From an uncultured Acidobacteriota bacterium (GTDB lineage: Bacteria; Acidobacteriota; UBA6911): 64,000 nt of DNA. Positions 20,346 to 31,251 of this stretch are shown here, piece after piece (position 1 is the stretch's first letter; every line of letters starts with the position of its first letter). The position numbers were made by a program, and so were the translations under genes. Under the pieces are notes generated by a model, which saw nothing but the letters and a program-made list of their open reading frames with translations, did no database searches and was not told the DNA's origin. The stretch covers positions 27,753 to 91,752 of the forward strand of contig CAWEJX010000014.1 in assembly GCA_963809485.1 (NCBI GenBank), read 5' to 3'.

Positions 20346-23300
20346 TTACTTTATTCCCGCATGGTACTTCTGCAGGGAAACGACTTCAGGTTCCTTTTGC
20401 CGGTAAGCCGCGATGCCTTTGGCTGCGGCTCGGGCGGCGGCCATAGTTGTGACGTAGGTGATCTTGTGTTTAATCGCTGTTTTGCGGATATAGGAATCGT
20501 CAGTAAGTGCCGCGCTTGCCGATCGGCGTGTTGATGACCAGATCGATCTCGCCGTTTTTGATGGCATCCACGATATTGGGCCGGCCGGCGTGCATCTTTA
20601 AAATCTTGTCGCATTCCACCCCGTTGGCGGACAGGAAATTGTTGCGTGCCTTCCGTCGCTCGGAGCTTGAAGCCCAGCCGCGCGAATTCGCGGGCGACCT
20701 CCAGCGCTTCCTTTTTGTCGGGATCCGTGACCGAAATCAGCACGGCGCCCTGCTGGGGCAGAAGCTGCTGGGCCGCTTCCTGAGCTTTGTGAAACGCCAG
20801 TTCGAAGGAATCGGCCATGCCCAGGACTTCTCCCGTGGAGCGCATTTCGGGTCCGAGGATCGGATCGACTTCATGGAACATGTTGAATGGGAAAACCGCT
20901 TCTTTGACTCCGTAGTGCGGGATGGTTTTTTTGCGTGAGGTTCAGGTCGGCCATTTTTTTGCCCAGCATCAGCTGGGTGGCCAGACGAACCATCTGGATG
21001 TTGCAGACCTTGGATACCAGCGGAACCGTGCGCGAAGCTCGAGGATTGGCTTCGAGGATGTAGACCTTGTCGTCGGCAATCGCGTATTGAATGTTGATCA
21101 GGCCCAGGACCTTGAGCTCGATGGCAATCCTGCTGCGTGTATTCTTCAATGGTCTTCCGGTGCTTTTCGGGAATGCTGACGGGCGGCAGAACGCAGGCCG
21201 AATCTCCGGAATGAATGCCGGCAAGTTCGATATGTTCCATGATGGCAGGAATGAAAGCGTCGCTGCCGTCGGAAATCGCATCCGCCTCGACTTCGAGCGC
21301 ATTTTCCAGAAACTTGTCGATCAGGATGGGCAGTTCCGGCCAGATTTCAACCGCGCTCGAAACATAAAGGGTTAGGTCCTCTTCGTCGTGGACGACCTCC
21401 ATCCCTCGGCCGCCCAGTACATAAGAAGGCCGGACCATCAGCGGATAGCCTATTCTTTCGGCGATTGCGATCGCTTCATCCAGATTGTGCGCCATGCCGG
21501 ATGCGGGCTGGGGGATTTCCAGTTTCTTCATCATGATGCGAAACCGGTCCCGGTCTTCGGCAAGATCGATGGTGTCGGGCGAGGTGCCCAGGATCTTGAC
21601 TCCGGCCCTTTCCAGTTCGCGGCAGATGTTGAGCGGCGTCTGCCCGCCAAACTGCACGATGACACCCTCGGGCTTTTCCTTTTGATAGATGCTTAAAACG
21701 TCTTCCACGGTCAGGGGCTCGAAATAAAGCTTGTCGGAAGTATCGTAGTCGGTTGAGACGGTCTCGGGATTGCAGTTGACCATGATGGTTTCATATCCAA
21801 GGTCGCGCAGGGCAAAAGCCGCATGGACACAACAGTAGTCGAACTCGATCCCCTGACCGATGCGGTTGGGACCGCCTCCCAGGACCATCACCTTTTTGCG
21901 GCCGCTGACCTGGACCTTGTCGGGAGCATTGTAGGTGGAATAGTAGTAAGCGGCATTTTCCACGCCGGAAACCGGAACCGGTTCCCAGGTTTCGGTGATC
22001 CCAAGTCTGGTTCTCTGGTTGCGGATTTTTTCTTCGGCTATTCCCAGCAGCTTTGCCAGGTAGCCATCCGCAAATCCGTCCTTCTTCGCTTTCGTCAACA
22101 GGTCGTCCGGAAGCAGGCGGCCCTTGTAGGTCAATATTTTTTCTTCCAGATCCACCAGTTCCTTCATCTGTTCGATGAACCAGGGCTTGATATGCGTTCT
22201 TTCGTAAAGCTCCTGGATACTCGCACCCTTGCGCAGCGCTTCATACATGATAAAAATCCGTTCGCTGGTAGGATACCAGAGCATCCCCATCAGGTCGGCA
22301 AGCGACTTTTTATAAAAGTCCTTGGCAAATCCCAGGCCTAGACCGCCCGATCTCCAGGGAGCGGATCGATTTCTGGAAAGCTTCTTTATAGGTCTTTCCA
22401 ATGCTCATGACTTCGCCCACGGCGCGCATTTGGGTCCCCAGCCGGTCTTCGGCGCCTTTGAACTTTTCAAAGGCCCAGCGGGCGAACTTGATGACAACAT
22501 AATCTCCCCAGGGCGTGTATTTCTCGAGAGTCCCTTCGCGCCAATAGGGAATTTCGTCTAGCGTCAGACCGCCGGCGAGCAGGGAAGAGACGAATGCGAT
22601 GGGAAATCCCGTCGCCTTGGATGCCAGCGCGGAGGAGCGCGAGGTCCGGGGGTTGATTTCAATGACCACAACGCGTCCCGTTTTGGGGTCATGGGCAAAC
22701 TGGATATTGGTTCCGCCGATCACGCCAATGGCGTCCACGATATCGTAGGAATATTCCTGGAGCCTCTCCTGCAGCTTTCTGTCTATGGTCAGCATGGGCG
22801 CCGAGCAGAAGGAATCGCCGGTGTGAACGCCCATGGCATCGATGTTCTCGATGAAGCAGACCGTAATCTTCTGCCCCTTGGCGTCGCGGACGACCTCGAG
22901 TTCCAGTTCCTCCCAACCTTCCACGGATTCCTCGATGAGAACCTGCCCGACCAGGCTCGCGGCGAGCCCGCGGCTGACCACTGTCCGGAATTCCTCGAGG
23001 TTGTAAACCAGGCCTCCGCCTGTTCCGCCCAGCGTGTAGGCGGGGCGGATAACACAGGGGAGGTCGATTTTCTGCAGAACGCCTTCAGCTTCTTCAAGGC
23101 TCAACGCAATTTCGCTGCGAGGCATTTCGATGCCCAGCTGCATCATTGTTTCCTTAAAGGCCTGCCTGTCTTCGCCCCGCTCGATGGCGTCCTCTTTAAC
23201 ACCGATTATCTGGACGCCGTATTTGTCCAGGATGCCCTCTTTGGCAAGCTGCGAGGAAAGGTTCAGCCCTGTCTGTCCGCCCAGGTTGGGAAGCAGGGCA

Positions 23301-23551
23301 TCGGGCCGTTCCTTGGCGATCACTTTTTCCAGCGATTTCACATTCAGCGGTTCTATGTAGGTGGCGTCCGCCATGCCGGGATCGGTCATGATAGTGGCCG
23401 GATTTGAGTTGACGAGCACGATCTTGTAACCGAGCTTTCGCAGCGCCTTGCAGGCCTGTGTGCCCGAATAGTCAAATTCGCATGCCTGCCCGATAATGAT
23501 GGGCCCCGATCCTATGATCAAAACTTTGTTTATATCATTGCGCTTGGGCAC
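20346..23551 (-). pseudogene. carB: Carbamoyl-phosphate synthase large subunit, split by about five +1 frameshifts (pseudogene or sequencing error)
   Basis: MPKRNDINKVLIIGSGPIIIGQACEFDYSG; GPNRIGQGIEFDYC; EANPRASRTVP; LGPEMRSTGEV; MGS C-terminus in successive frames. Confidence 0.85.
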
Positions 23552-23589
23552 TAAAACCTCCTGTTAAACTTCCGAGCTGTCCCTTCCCT

Positions 23590-24420
23590 CTATTTGCTGT
23601 CCGACGATTTTCGTTTACTGAAATAATCGCCTATTGCCAGAACAAGTGATGCCACCGTATTTTGATCGGGCACGATCTCGGCTTGTTTGCCGAATTGCGC
23701 CACTGTGCTGCCGGTGACCGGACCGAGAACTGCCACTGTGGAGTCCCGAAGTATCCTTTTTCCGTCCTCCGGCCCGAGGATATCCATCAAATTCCTTATG
23801 CCTGAGGAGCTGGTGAAAACTGCCAGGTCCACCTTACTGCTGCGTGCCTGCCGGAGGATCCCTTCGTCCGGTTTGGCCCGGACGGTCTCATAGCATGGGA
23901 TGACATCCACCCGTGCACCCGCCGCGGAAAGCGCAGCCGGCAAGACGTCCCGTCCTTCCTTTGCGCGCGGCAACAGGATCCGGCAGCCGGACAGGTGTTC
24001 GAGCCCTCCATAAAACCTGTCCAAGGACTCGATGACGCCTTCCGCGACGAAGTTTTCCGGGATCAATGCGACTTCCAGACCATATTCACGCAGAGCACTC
24101 GCCGTCGCGGGTCCCACGGCACAAATCTTCGGCATATCCGGAGAACCCGTGCGGGCCCCGCGCTTTTCCCAGCGCCGCATAAAAAAACTCACTCCGTAGG
24201 AGCTGGTGAAGATGATCCAGGTGTATTTCTCCAGAGAGTTTAGGGCTTCGTCCAGCTTCCGTTTATCGGGCATTTCCTGAGCCTCGATCAAAGGAAGAGC
24301 CAGGACTTTTCCGCCCATTGCCTCCAGGCCGGAAGCCAATTCAACCATTTTTTTAGCGCTGCAAGCTACAAGAATCGTCAAATTCCTGAGCGGTTCCGAG
24401 GCTGCGGGGCCGGTGGACAT
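23590..24420 (-). CDS. hemD: Uroporphyrinogen-III synthase
   Basis: WIIFTSSYGV, AVGPATA, CYET, FTSSS, LGPVT; downstream of hemC. Confidence 0.88.
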   Translation of the reverse strand: MSTGPAASEPLRNLTILVACSAKKMVELASGLEAMGGKVLALPLIEAQEMPDKRKLDEALNSLEKYTWIIFTSSYGVSFFMRRWEKRGARTGSPDMPKICAVGPATASALREYGLEVALIPENFVAEGVIESLDRFYGGLEHLSGCRILLPRAKEGRDVLPAALSAAGARVDVIPCYETVRAKPDEGILRQARSSKVDLAVFTSSSGIRNLMDILGPEDGKRILRDSTVAVLGPVTGSTVAQFGKQAEIVPDQNTVASLVLAIGDYFSKRKSSDSK

Positions 24421-24619
24421 ATCATGGCCTCCGATATAGCCGGCGGCGGGCTCTGAACCCTCGGCGCCTCATGGAGTGTATTCCGGCAAATATCTCTGAT
24501 CCGGTGGGGATCCATCGGCTCTGCCGGTGAGGCAGTACGAGTCTGATAAATCCCGGAGCATGCCTTTTCACCGGTGTTTTGACGGAAACCAGGAACATAA
24601 GCACCCTTAAATGCTGAAT

Positions 24620-24668
24620 GAATGTCGAAATTCGACATTCTGGGATCGATATTCTGCGGTTCAAAAAG
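24620..24668. repeat. Heptamer-repeat palindrome, family copy 2
   Basis: gaatgtcgaaattcgacattc hairpin plus ttctgcggttcaaaaag shared with 34673-34761. Confidence 0.7.
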
Positions 24669-24776
24669 GTTTCATGATATCCATGGCGTATCGGACTTCC
24701 GCTATATTTCATCGGTCGCGATCCAGCCCTTTAAGGGTCCGGCAGCCATTAAGCTTCCGGCTCCGCCCGAGGCCCC

Positions 24777-25688
24777 CTATTCCAAGCTCCTGAGAATATC
24801 CCGGCCTCCCCTGGCGAGTATTTCATCGGCGAGATGCAGGGCCGTTTCGACGGCTGTTTCGCAATTGCCGCGCCGAACGCTTCGCAACACCCTGCTGCCG
24901 TCGGGCGAGGCTACCAGCCCATCCATTTCCACAAAGCCGCCTTCCACGCGCGCATATGCAGCCACCGGGACATTGCATCCCCCGCCCATGCGCTGGAGAA
25001 AGGCCCGCTCAGCGGTAACTGCCTGGAATGCAGGCGGGTGGTTCAGGGCCGCCGCGATGTCGTCCAGCCGAGCGTCATCGTCCCGCGCTTCGACGGCAAG
25101 CGCACCCTGACCGGGAGCCGGAAGCATTTCGTTTGTGCTGAATTTTGCCGCAATCCTGTCTCCCAATCCGAGCCGGTTCAATCCCGCACAGGCCAGAACA
25201 ATCGCGTCGTAGGCGGCTTCCTGCAATTTTCTCAGACGGGTTTCGATATTGCCGCGAATGTCCAGAACCTTCAGGTCGGGGCGCAGAGCGAGGATTTGTG
25301 CCTGCCTGCGTATGCTGCCGGTGCCGATACGCGCGCCTGCCGGGAGCTGAAAAAGGCCGCCGGCGCTACCCGTAATCAAGGCGTCCTGCACCTCTTCGCG
25401 CTCCGGTATTGCGGCGATCCGGAGGCCATCGGGGATGCTCGTGGGCAGGTCCTTCATGCTGTGAACGGCAAGGTCGATTTCTTTTTGCAGCAGCGCCTGC
25501 TCGAGTTCTTTGACAAACACGCCCACTGCTGCGCCGGAGCGTATGGAAGAGGTTGTGTCCTTGTCGGCGGATGTCCGTATTACGTGCACCGAGACCTCGA
25601 CAGCGGGGAAACGAGCGATAATTTTCTCTCGGACCCAGTTCGTCTGTGCCAGAGCCAGTGCGCTTCCTCGGCTGCCTATGATCAACAT
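24777..25688 (-). CDS. hemC: Hydroxymethylbilane synthase
   Basis: IGSRGSALALAQ, FVKELE, AVHSMKD, RGNIETRL, PAPGQG, GGCNVP. Confidence 0.95.
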   Translation of the reverse strand: MLIIGSRGSALALAQTNWVREKIIARFPAVEVSVHVIRTSADKDTTSSIRSGAAVGVFVKELEQALLQKEIDLAVHSMKDLPTSIPDGLRIAAIPEREEVQDALITGSAGGLFQLPAGARIGTGSIRRQAQILALRPDLKVLDIRGNIETRLRKLQEAAYDAIVLACAGLNRLGLGDRIAAKFSTNEMLPAPGQGALAVEARDDDARLDDIAAALNHPPAFQAVTAERAFLQRMGGGCNVPVAAYARVEGGFVEMDGLVASPDGSRVLRSVRRGNCETAVETALHLADEILARGGRDILRSLE

Positions 25689-25857
25689 AAATCCTCGCAC
25701 TATTATTTCGCAGGCAGCAGGTTACGATGCAGCCTGCAACCCGAAGTTATCCTTGACAGTCCGCGCCATATCGCTGCGCTTAGGTGTGAGAACCGCGGGC
25801 AAACGCGCCGGGATATCCGTGCGGCTGGCGGCGCCTTTCAGCAGAAAGCGGAAGGCC

Positions 25858-27135
25858 CTAATCCGTGTTCTGCTTGGTTTTAAAAATCCGTTGGATCATT
25901 TCCATGTAGGCTGTTTCGTCCATGGAATCCCTGCTGTTTCGCAATTGCATGATTAGGGGATGGGCAATTTTCCCCGCAATGCGCGAAATCATCGACTCGA
26001 GTTCCTGGATCTGCCGGGGATCCTGGGGACCGATTTTATTAAGACTGCGTTGGAGTTCCGTTCGGCAGATCTCATCTATCCGGCTTTGAACCTGCATGAC
26101 GACGGGCGCAACGTCAAAGGATTTCAGCTTTGTGCAGAAAACTTGCACTTCCTGGTCCACGATTTTTTCGGCCGCCGCGGCCGCTTTGATGCGCTCATTG
26201 AGATTGGCCTCGACCACTGCCTGAAGATCGTCGATATCATAATAAAATACGTTGTCGATATCCCCCACCCGGGGATCGACATTCCGGGGGACCGATATGT
26301 CGATGAAGACCGCCGGCGCGCTTTTGCGCTCGTGCATGATGCGCTGAACCATTGGGGGATCGATGATTATGTCCGGCGCTCCCGTGGACGTAATGATGAC
26401 ATCGGCGCGGGATGCCCATTCGGGCAATTCGTCGAAAGGCACTGCCATGGCGTGGAAGCGCGCTGCGAGATCTCGGGCGGTTTCCGGGCTGCGGTTGGCA
26501 AGGTAAATGCTTTTGGCTCCGGTCTCAGCCAGATACCGGATTGCGGCTTCGCCCATTTTTCCTGCGCCGACAACCAGTATGCTTTTCTTCTGCGGGTCTC
26601 CGAATATTTTCCGAACCAGTTCCACGGCGGCCGAACCGACCGAAACCGAATATTCCCCGATGCTGGTTTCGGAACGTACACGCTTTGCCGTGCGAAAGGC
26701 AGCCTGAAGAAGGCTGTTGAGGTAGCTTCCGACGGTTCCGGCCGCAACGGCCGCGCTGTAGCAGGACTTGACCTGACCGAGTATCTGAGGTTCGCCCAGG
26801 ATCATCGAATCGAGGCTACTGGCGACCCGGAACAGATGGCGGATTGCCTGATCATCGGTGAAGCGATACAGCCTGGGGCTGAGGAGGGGAAGTGAAATTC
26901 CGCTGTACTCCGACAAAAAAGCCTCGATCGATTCGCTTCCGGAGGGCAGGGGATCGGCATTGGAGAGGATTTCCACCCGGTTGCAGGTTGAAACTATTAT
27001 TGCTTCGAGGATTCCCGGCCGGTCGGAAAGCCTTTTGAGGCCTTCAGGCAATTGATCCGCGTTAAAGGAAGCCCGCTGCCGGATATCCAGTTTTGCAGAA
27101 CGATGATTCAAGCCAACAAGCAGGAGGTTCGACAT
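25858..27135 (-). CDS. hemA: Glutamyl-tRNA reductase
   Basis: STCNRVE, SLDSMILGEPQILGQ, GAGKMG, DISVPRN. Confidence 0.95.
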   Translation of the reverse strand: MSNLLLVGLNHRSAKLDIRQRASFNADQLPEGLKRLSDRPGILEAIIVSTCNRVEILSNADPLPSGSESIEAFLSEYSGISLPLLSPRLYRFTDDQAIRHLFRVASSLDSMILGEPQILGQVKSCYSAAVAAGTVGSYLNSLLQAAFRTAKRVRSETSIGEYSVSVGSAAVELVRKIFGDPQKKSILVVGAGKMGEAAIRYLAETGAKSIYLANRSPETARDLAARFHAMAVPFDELPEWASRADVIITSTGAPDIIIDPPMVQRIMHERKSAPAVFIDISVPRNVDPRVGDIDNVFYYDIDDLQAVVEANLNERIKAAAAAEKIVDQEVQVFCTKLKSFDVAPVVMQVQSRIDEICRTELQRSLNKIGPQDPRQIQELESMISRIAGKIAHPLIMQLRNSRDSMDETAYMEMIQRIFKTKQNTD

Positions 27136-27219
27136 CTACAACCTATCAGGGACTGCATCCCCATTGGCGCAAAACAGGGATGCGAGGCTGCGGCCTCGTA
27201 GCCGCGCCGCGTCCGATTC

Positions 27220-28020
27220 CTATAAATATTTATGGAGCCCCCAATTGACCCCGAAGGTAAACAATGTGGCGGCAAATCCAATAATGCTGATGTATGCAGC
27301 CCGCCTGCCGCGCCATCGGGCCGAAAATCGGCAGTTGATCAAAAACAGATAAATCCCCCACGTGATCAGGGCCGCGGTTTCCTTGGGATCCCAGCCCCAA
27401 AAGCGGCCCCATTCCTGCTGCGCCCAAACGGCTCCCGAGATGATGGCCAGCGTCATGGCTATGAAGCCGACAAAAAGCGAGCGTTGGAACAGCTCATCGC
27501 ATACCTGAAGCGAGGGCAGCCGGAAATATAGGAACCGGAACTTTTTTTGCTTCAGTTCCTTTTCCTGAATCAGGTAGAGGATGCCCGATATAAATGTAAG
27601 AAAGAACGCAGCATAGGAGAGAAAAGCCATGCTCCCATGGAAATAGACCCACCCGCTTGCCAGCCCGGGAGGGATGGCGCGGTTTTCCTCCCAAAAAACC
27701 TGGAAAAAGATCATGAGCAGCGAAACGAGGGGAAGTATAAATGCACCCAGCGCGTTCAGTTTGTAGCGGAAATCGGCGGCAATGAAAGTCAGCGAGATGC
27801 ACCAGGCAAGAAAGCAGAGGGATTCCGGAAGGTTGGTGATGGGGAAGTGCCAGCGCGCGATGCCGAGCAGGACCAGAAATAAGGTATGAAAGGCAAAGCC
27901 GAAGGCAACCATGCCCAGGGCTATTTTTACAAATATTTGCCGCTTTTGATAAAATCCGAAAATTGAGTGCAGCAGGCCCAGCGCATAAAGGGCCATCGCA
28001 ATCGATAGAATCCAACCCAT
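27220..28020 (-). CDS. ccsA: Cytochrome c biogenesis protein
   Basis: WAQQEWGRFWGWDPKET WWD motif, terminal GLHKY; TM-rich. Confidence 0.9.
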   Translation of the reverse strand: MGWILSIAMALYALGLLHSIFGFYQKRQIFVKIALGMVAFGFAFHTLFLVLLGIARWHFPITNLPESLCFLAWCISLTFIAADFRYKLNALGAFILPLVSLLMIFFQVFWEENRAIPPGLASGWVYFHGSMAFLSYAAFFLTFISGILYLIQEKELKQKKFRFLYFRLPSLQVCDELFQRSLFVGFIAMTLAIISGAVWAQQEWGRFWGWDPKETAALITWGIYLFLINCRFSARWRGRRAAYISIIGFAATLFTFGVNWGLHKYL

Positions 28021-28128
28021 TTGGTTCGCCCAAGAATTTAAAATTCTAGCATTTGGGCAAAAGCAGTGGCAAGGCAAATGGCGGAATTGCTGTCGGCGAC
28101 CGGGGAACGCCGATGAAGACCGACAATC

Positions 28129-28309
28129 AGGCTTGAAAGATTGGAACCACTCAAAGCGGTTGGAGGAGTTCCGTTGGTTTTGCCCGCCGACCTTCGTCGA
28201 ACAAATCGGCGTTTGTCAGCGCTTTTGTCAGCGTATCTCAGCGTTTTAAAAAATGGAGCTGTCAGACTCTATGAGTCCCCCGGCAGAGCCGGCGGTTTAC
28301 CAATAGAAT
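28129..28309 (-). mobile_element. MITE-like element copy E (inverted, internally deleted, right hairpin lost)
   Basis: Reverse complement reads ATTCTATTGGTAAACCGCCGGCTCTGCCGGGGGACTCATAGAG...AACCGCTTTGAGTGGTTCCAATCTTTCAAGCCT. Confidence 0.75.
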
Positions 28310-28402
28310 CAATGGAATTATATGGAGCGTGAAAAGCCTGTGATATAGTGAATAGTTTAATATTGTCGATGGTTTTTGGGGAACCGGATAGGGAATTTGC
28401 CA

Positions 28403-29098
28403 GTGGAACTGCTTCGAAGCTTTGATTTTGGGACTATCGCCATTCAGTTCGTGGTTTTGCTGTTTTCGCTGAGCATCCACGAGGCAGCCCACGCGTGGAC
28501 GGCAGACCGTTTCGGCGACTATACGGCCCGCTATCTTGGCCGCGTTACGCTCAACCCCATCCCGCATATGGATCCCGTGGGCACTCTCCTATTTCCACTT
28601 CTGCAATTTTTCACTCATTTTCCACTGATCGGGTGGGCGAAGCCGGTGCCGGTGAATCCGGCGCACCTGCGCAATCCGCAGAGGGATCAGATATTTATCT
28701 CGCTGGCCGGACCGGCTTCCAACCTTCTGGCAGCCGTGGGCGCTTTCCTTCTGCTGGTGGTTTTCAAGCTGTCCTGGCCGGAATCGCGCGCATTCATAAC
28801 CAATATGGCTGTCACCATGAAGATTCCGGGCCAGGAATCTTACATCGCCCCCATAATGGGAATATTGTTTTTCGCCATGATCATCAATATGGCTCTGGCC
28901 CTGTTCAACGTGCTGCCGATTCCGCCTTTGGACGGGCACTGGATCCTTTACGGACTCCTCCCTGACAGGGCCGCCGCAGCGCTGGCACGCTGGAGCACGT
29001 ATGGAGTGATCCTTCTTTACGCTTTGATGCTCCTGGGTATCTTTCAGTTTATTTTCATCCCCACCCTCTGGGCCCGGTATCTGCTGGCTGCGTTATAG
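28403..29098 (+). CDS. Site-2 protease (M50 family)
   Basis: HEAAH, GWAKPVPVNP, FNVLPIPPLDG; start codon uncertain. Confidence 0.92.
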   Translation: MELLRSFDFGTIAIQFVVLLFSLSIHEAAHAWTADRFGDYTARYLGRVTLNPIPHMDPVGTLLFPLLQFFTHFPLIGWAKPVPVNPAHLRNPQRDQIFISLAGPASNLLAAVGAFLLLVVFKLSWPESRAFITNMAVTMKIPGQESYIAPIMGILFFAMIINMALALFNVLPIPPLDGHWILYGLLPDRAAAALARWSTYGVILLYALMLLGIFQFIFIPTLWARYLLAAL

Positions 29099-29110
29099 GT
29101 GCTCCTGCTT

Positions 29111-29875
29111 ATGGAAAACGGCGACAATCCAAACCAGGATTTCCAGTCCACCCTCGAGGGAGCAGGAATAACCATCCAGCTCGAAGCTTTTCAGGGACCG
29201 CTCGATTTGCTTCTTCACCTGATCAAGAGGGAAGAAATCGATATCTGGGACATCCCCATCGCGCATATCACCGAGCAGTACCTGGAATACCTGCGGGTCA
29301 TGAAGGACCTGAACATCAATGTGGCCGGCGAGTGGCTCATGATGGCCGCCACCCTGATCCACATAAAATCGCGGATGCTCGTCCCGCAGGAGCCGGGCGA
29401 GGATGCGCAGGCGGAGGAAGAAGATCCGAGAAAAGAGCTGGTGTACCAGCTGCTCGAGCATCAAAAGTTCAAGAATGCGGCGGAAATGCTATACACGCGC
29501 GAGGAAGTGGAAAACGCGGTGTGGAATAAGCCTCCTTCGGATGTTCTGGAAGACGGCAGCGAGGTGGTGGCGGTCACCCTCTTTGACCTTCTGCGGGCTT
29601 TCAATGAAGTGGTAAAGCGATTCGAGGCGCAGCAGCTGCTGGAAGTGGAGCAGGAAGAAGTCACCGTGGAACAGAAAATAGAGGACATACGGAGGCGCTT
29701 CCTGGTACACGACAAGATCCTATTTTCCAGCTTTTTCAGGGAAGCGCGCTCCAAGCGCCACCTGATCGTCATCTTTCTGGCGCTTCTTGAATTGGTGCGC
29801 CTGCGTGAAATCTACCTCTATCAGAAAAAAGCCTTTGATGAAATTCATATCAACAAACTGAAGGAACCATCCTGA
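29111..29875 (+). CDS. scpA: Segregation and condensation protein A
   Basis: FQGPLDLLLHLI...IKSRML; FLALLEL. Confidence 0.93.
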   Translation: MENGDNPNQDFQSTLEGAGITIQLEAFQGPLDLLLHLIKREEIDIWDIPIAHITEQYLEYLRVMKDLNINVAGEWLMMAATLIHIKSRMLVPQEPGEDAQAEEEDPRKELVYQLLEHQKFKNAAEMLYTREEVENAVWNKPPSDVLEDGSEVVAVTLFDLLRAFNEVVKRFEAQQLLEVEQEEVTVEQKIEDIRRRFLVHDKILFSSFFREARSKRHLIVIFLALLELVRLREIYLYQKKAFDEIHINKLKEPS

Positions 29876-29879
29876 ACCT

Positions 29880-30419
29880 ATGGAAACGATAGAAATGCAG
29901 GCTATCCTGGAAGCCATCATTTACGTTGCGGAAGATCCCGTGAAGCTGGAGCAGCTCAAAGAGGTCTTCCCCGAAGAGAGCGCCGCCGATATCGAGAACG
30001 CCCTCAAGAATCTTGTCGAGAGCTTTAATGCCAGGCCCGGGGGAATGCTGATACGCGAAGTAGCGGGAGGCTACCGGATGACAACCCGTCCGGAGCACCA
30101 CGAGCAAATCCGGGCCTATTTAAAAACCAGGCCGGGCGCCAAACTCTCCATGGCGGCCCTGGAAACCCTGGCCGTAATTGCCTACAAACAGCCCGTAACC
30201 CTGGCCGAGATTCTGGCTATCCGGGGCAAGAAATCAAGCACGGCGCTTCAGACTCTGCTGGAGAGGAAAATGGTAGCCATCGTCGGCCGCAAACCCGTTG
30301 TAGGCCGGCCGATACTGTACGGGACATCAAAGGAATTCCTGATACACTTCGGCCTGAACAGTCTTGCCGATTTGCCCACACTGGAGGAGTTTGCTCAAAT
30401 CGCCGGCGAGCAGCTGTAA
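29880..30419 (+). CDS. scpB: Segregation and condensation protein B
   Basis: LSMAALETLAVIAYKQPVT; GRPILYGTSKEFL..FGL. Confidence 0.95.
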   Translation: METIEMQAILEAIIYVAEDPVKLEQLKEVFPEESAADIENALKNLVESFNARPGGMLIREVAGGYRMTTRPEHHEQIRAYLKTRPGAKLSMAALETLAVIAYKQPVTLAEILAIRGKKSSTALQTLLERKMVAIVGRKPVVGRPILYGTSKEFLIHFGLNSLADLPTLEEFAQIAGEQL

Positions 30420-30425
30420 GTCGGT

Positions 30426-31193
30426 ATGGACAACGAGGAACGTCTGCAGAAAATAATCTCAGCCGCCGGTTTGACTTCGCGGCGAAAGGCTGAACTGCTC
30501 ATCCGGGAGGGCAGGGTCACGGTCAACGGGCAGGTAATTACCCAGCTGGGAACCAAGGCCGATCCCCAAAGAGACCACATCAAGGTGGATGGGAAGCTGG
30601 TCCGCACAGGCGCAAAAAAAATTTATATTCTCCTCAACAAACCGAAACAGGTTATCGCTTCCGTCGCAGACCCCCAGGGTCGGACAAAAGTTGTCGACCT
30701 CGTGGATGTGAAGGAAAAGATTTATCCCGTCGGCCGGCTCGACTACAACACCGAAGGATTGATTCTGCTGACCAATGACGGCGAGTTTTCAAGGATCGTG
30801 ACGGCCGCCGGTGAACACATGCCTAAAATATATGATGTCAAGGTTCGGTCTTCGGCGGAAGAAAGCGAGCTGAACCGGCTGCGCGAGGGTATCCGTCTGA
30901 AGAAGGGACTCAGGCTGGCGCCCTGCAAAATCACTCCGGTTAAGGAAGGAGCCAACAGCTGGTACCGCGTAACCCTCACGCAGGGGAAAAACCGTCAGAT
31001 CCGGGAGATGTTCGAGTCAATCGGGCATCCCGTCCTGAAACTCCGGCGCACACAAATAGGGTTCCTGAAAGACAGGGGCATGGCCGTGGGTTCGTACCGA
31101 TTCCTCACGCCGGGGGAAGTTGAACGGATATTGCGGCTGCCGGTGCGACGGCCGTCGTCCGGATCGCGCCAGCCTGTTGACAACGCTTTTTGA
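30426..31193 (+). CDS. rluB: rRNA pseudouridine synthase (RluB/RsuA family)
   Basis: S4 domain ERLQK..SRRKAE; GRLDYNTEGL; GKNRQIR; follows scpAB. Confidence 0.88.
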   Translation: MDNEERLQKIISAAGLTSRRKAELLIREGRVTVNGQVITQLGTKADPQRDHIKVDGKLVRTGAKKIYILLNKPKQVIASVADPQGRTKVVDLVDVKEKIYPVGRLDYNTEGLILLTNDGEFSRIVTAAGEHMPKIYDVKVRSSAEESELNRLREGIRLKKGLRLAPCKITPVKEGANSWYRVTLTQGKNRQIREMFESIGHPVLKLRRTQIGFLKDRGMAVGSYRFLTPGEVERILRLPVRRPSSGSRQPVDNAF

Positions 31194-31251
31194 AACTTCC
31201 CCGAATGGCTTATGTCGGGTAACATTTGCCTCAGAAGAGCAGGAGCAAAAC

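Noticed and set aside
20346-23551. Programmed frameshifting in carB
   Set aside because: Five independent shifts without consistent slippery sites are implausible
25700-25857. Possible tRNA/ncRNA between hemA and hemC
   Set aside because: No T-loop or cloverleaf recognisable
31180-31251. FMN riboswitch before riboflavin synthase
   Set aside because: Intergenic space is under 60 bp and lacks RFN conserved motifs
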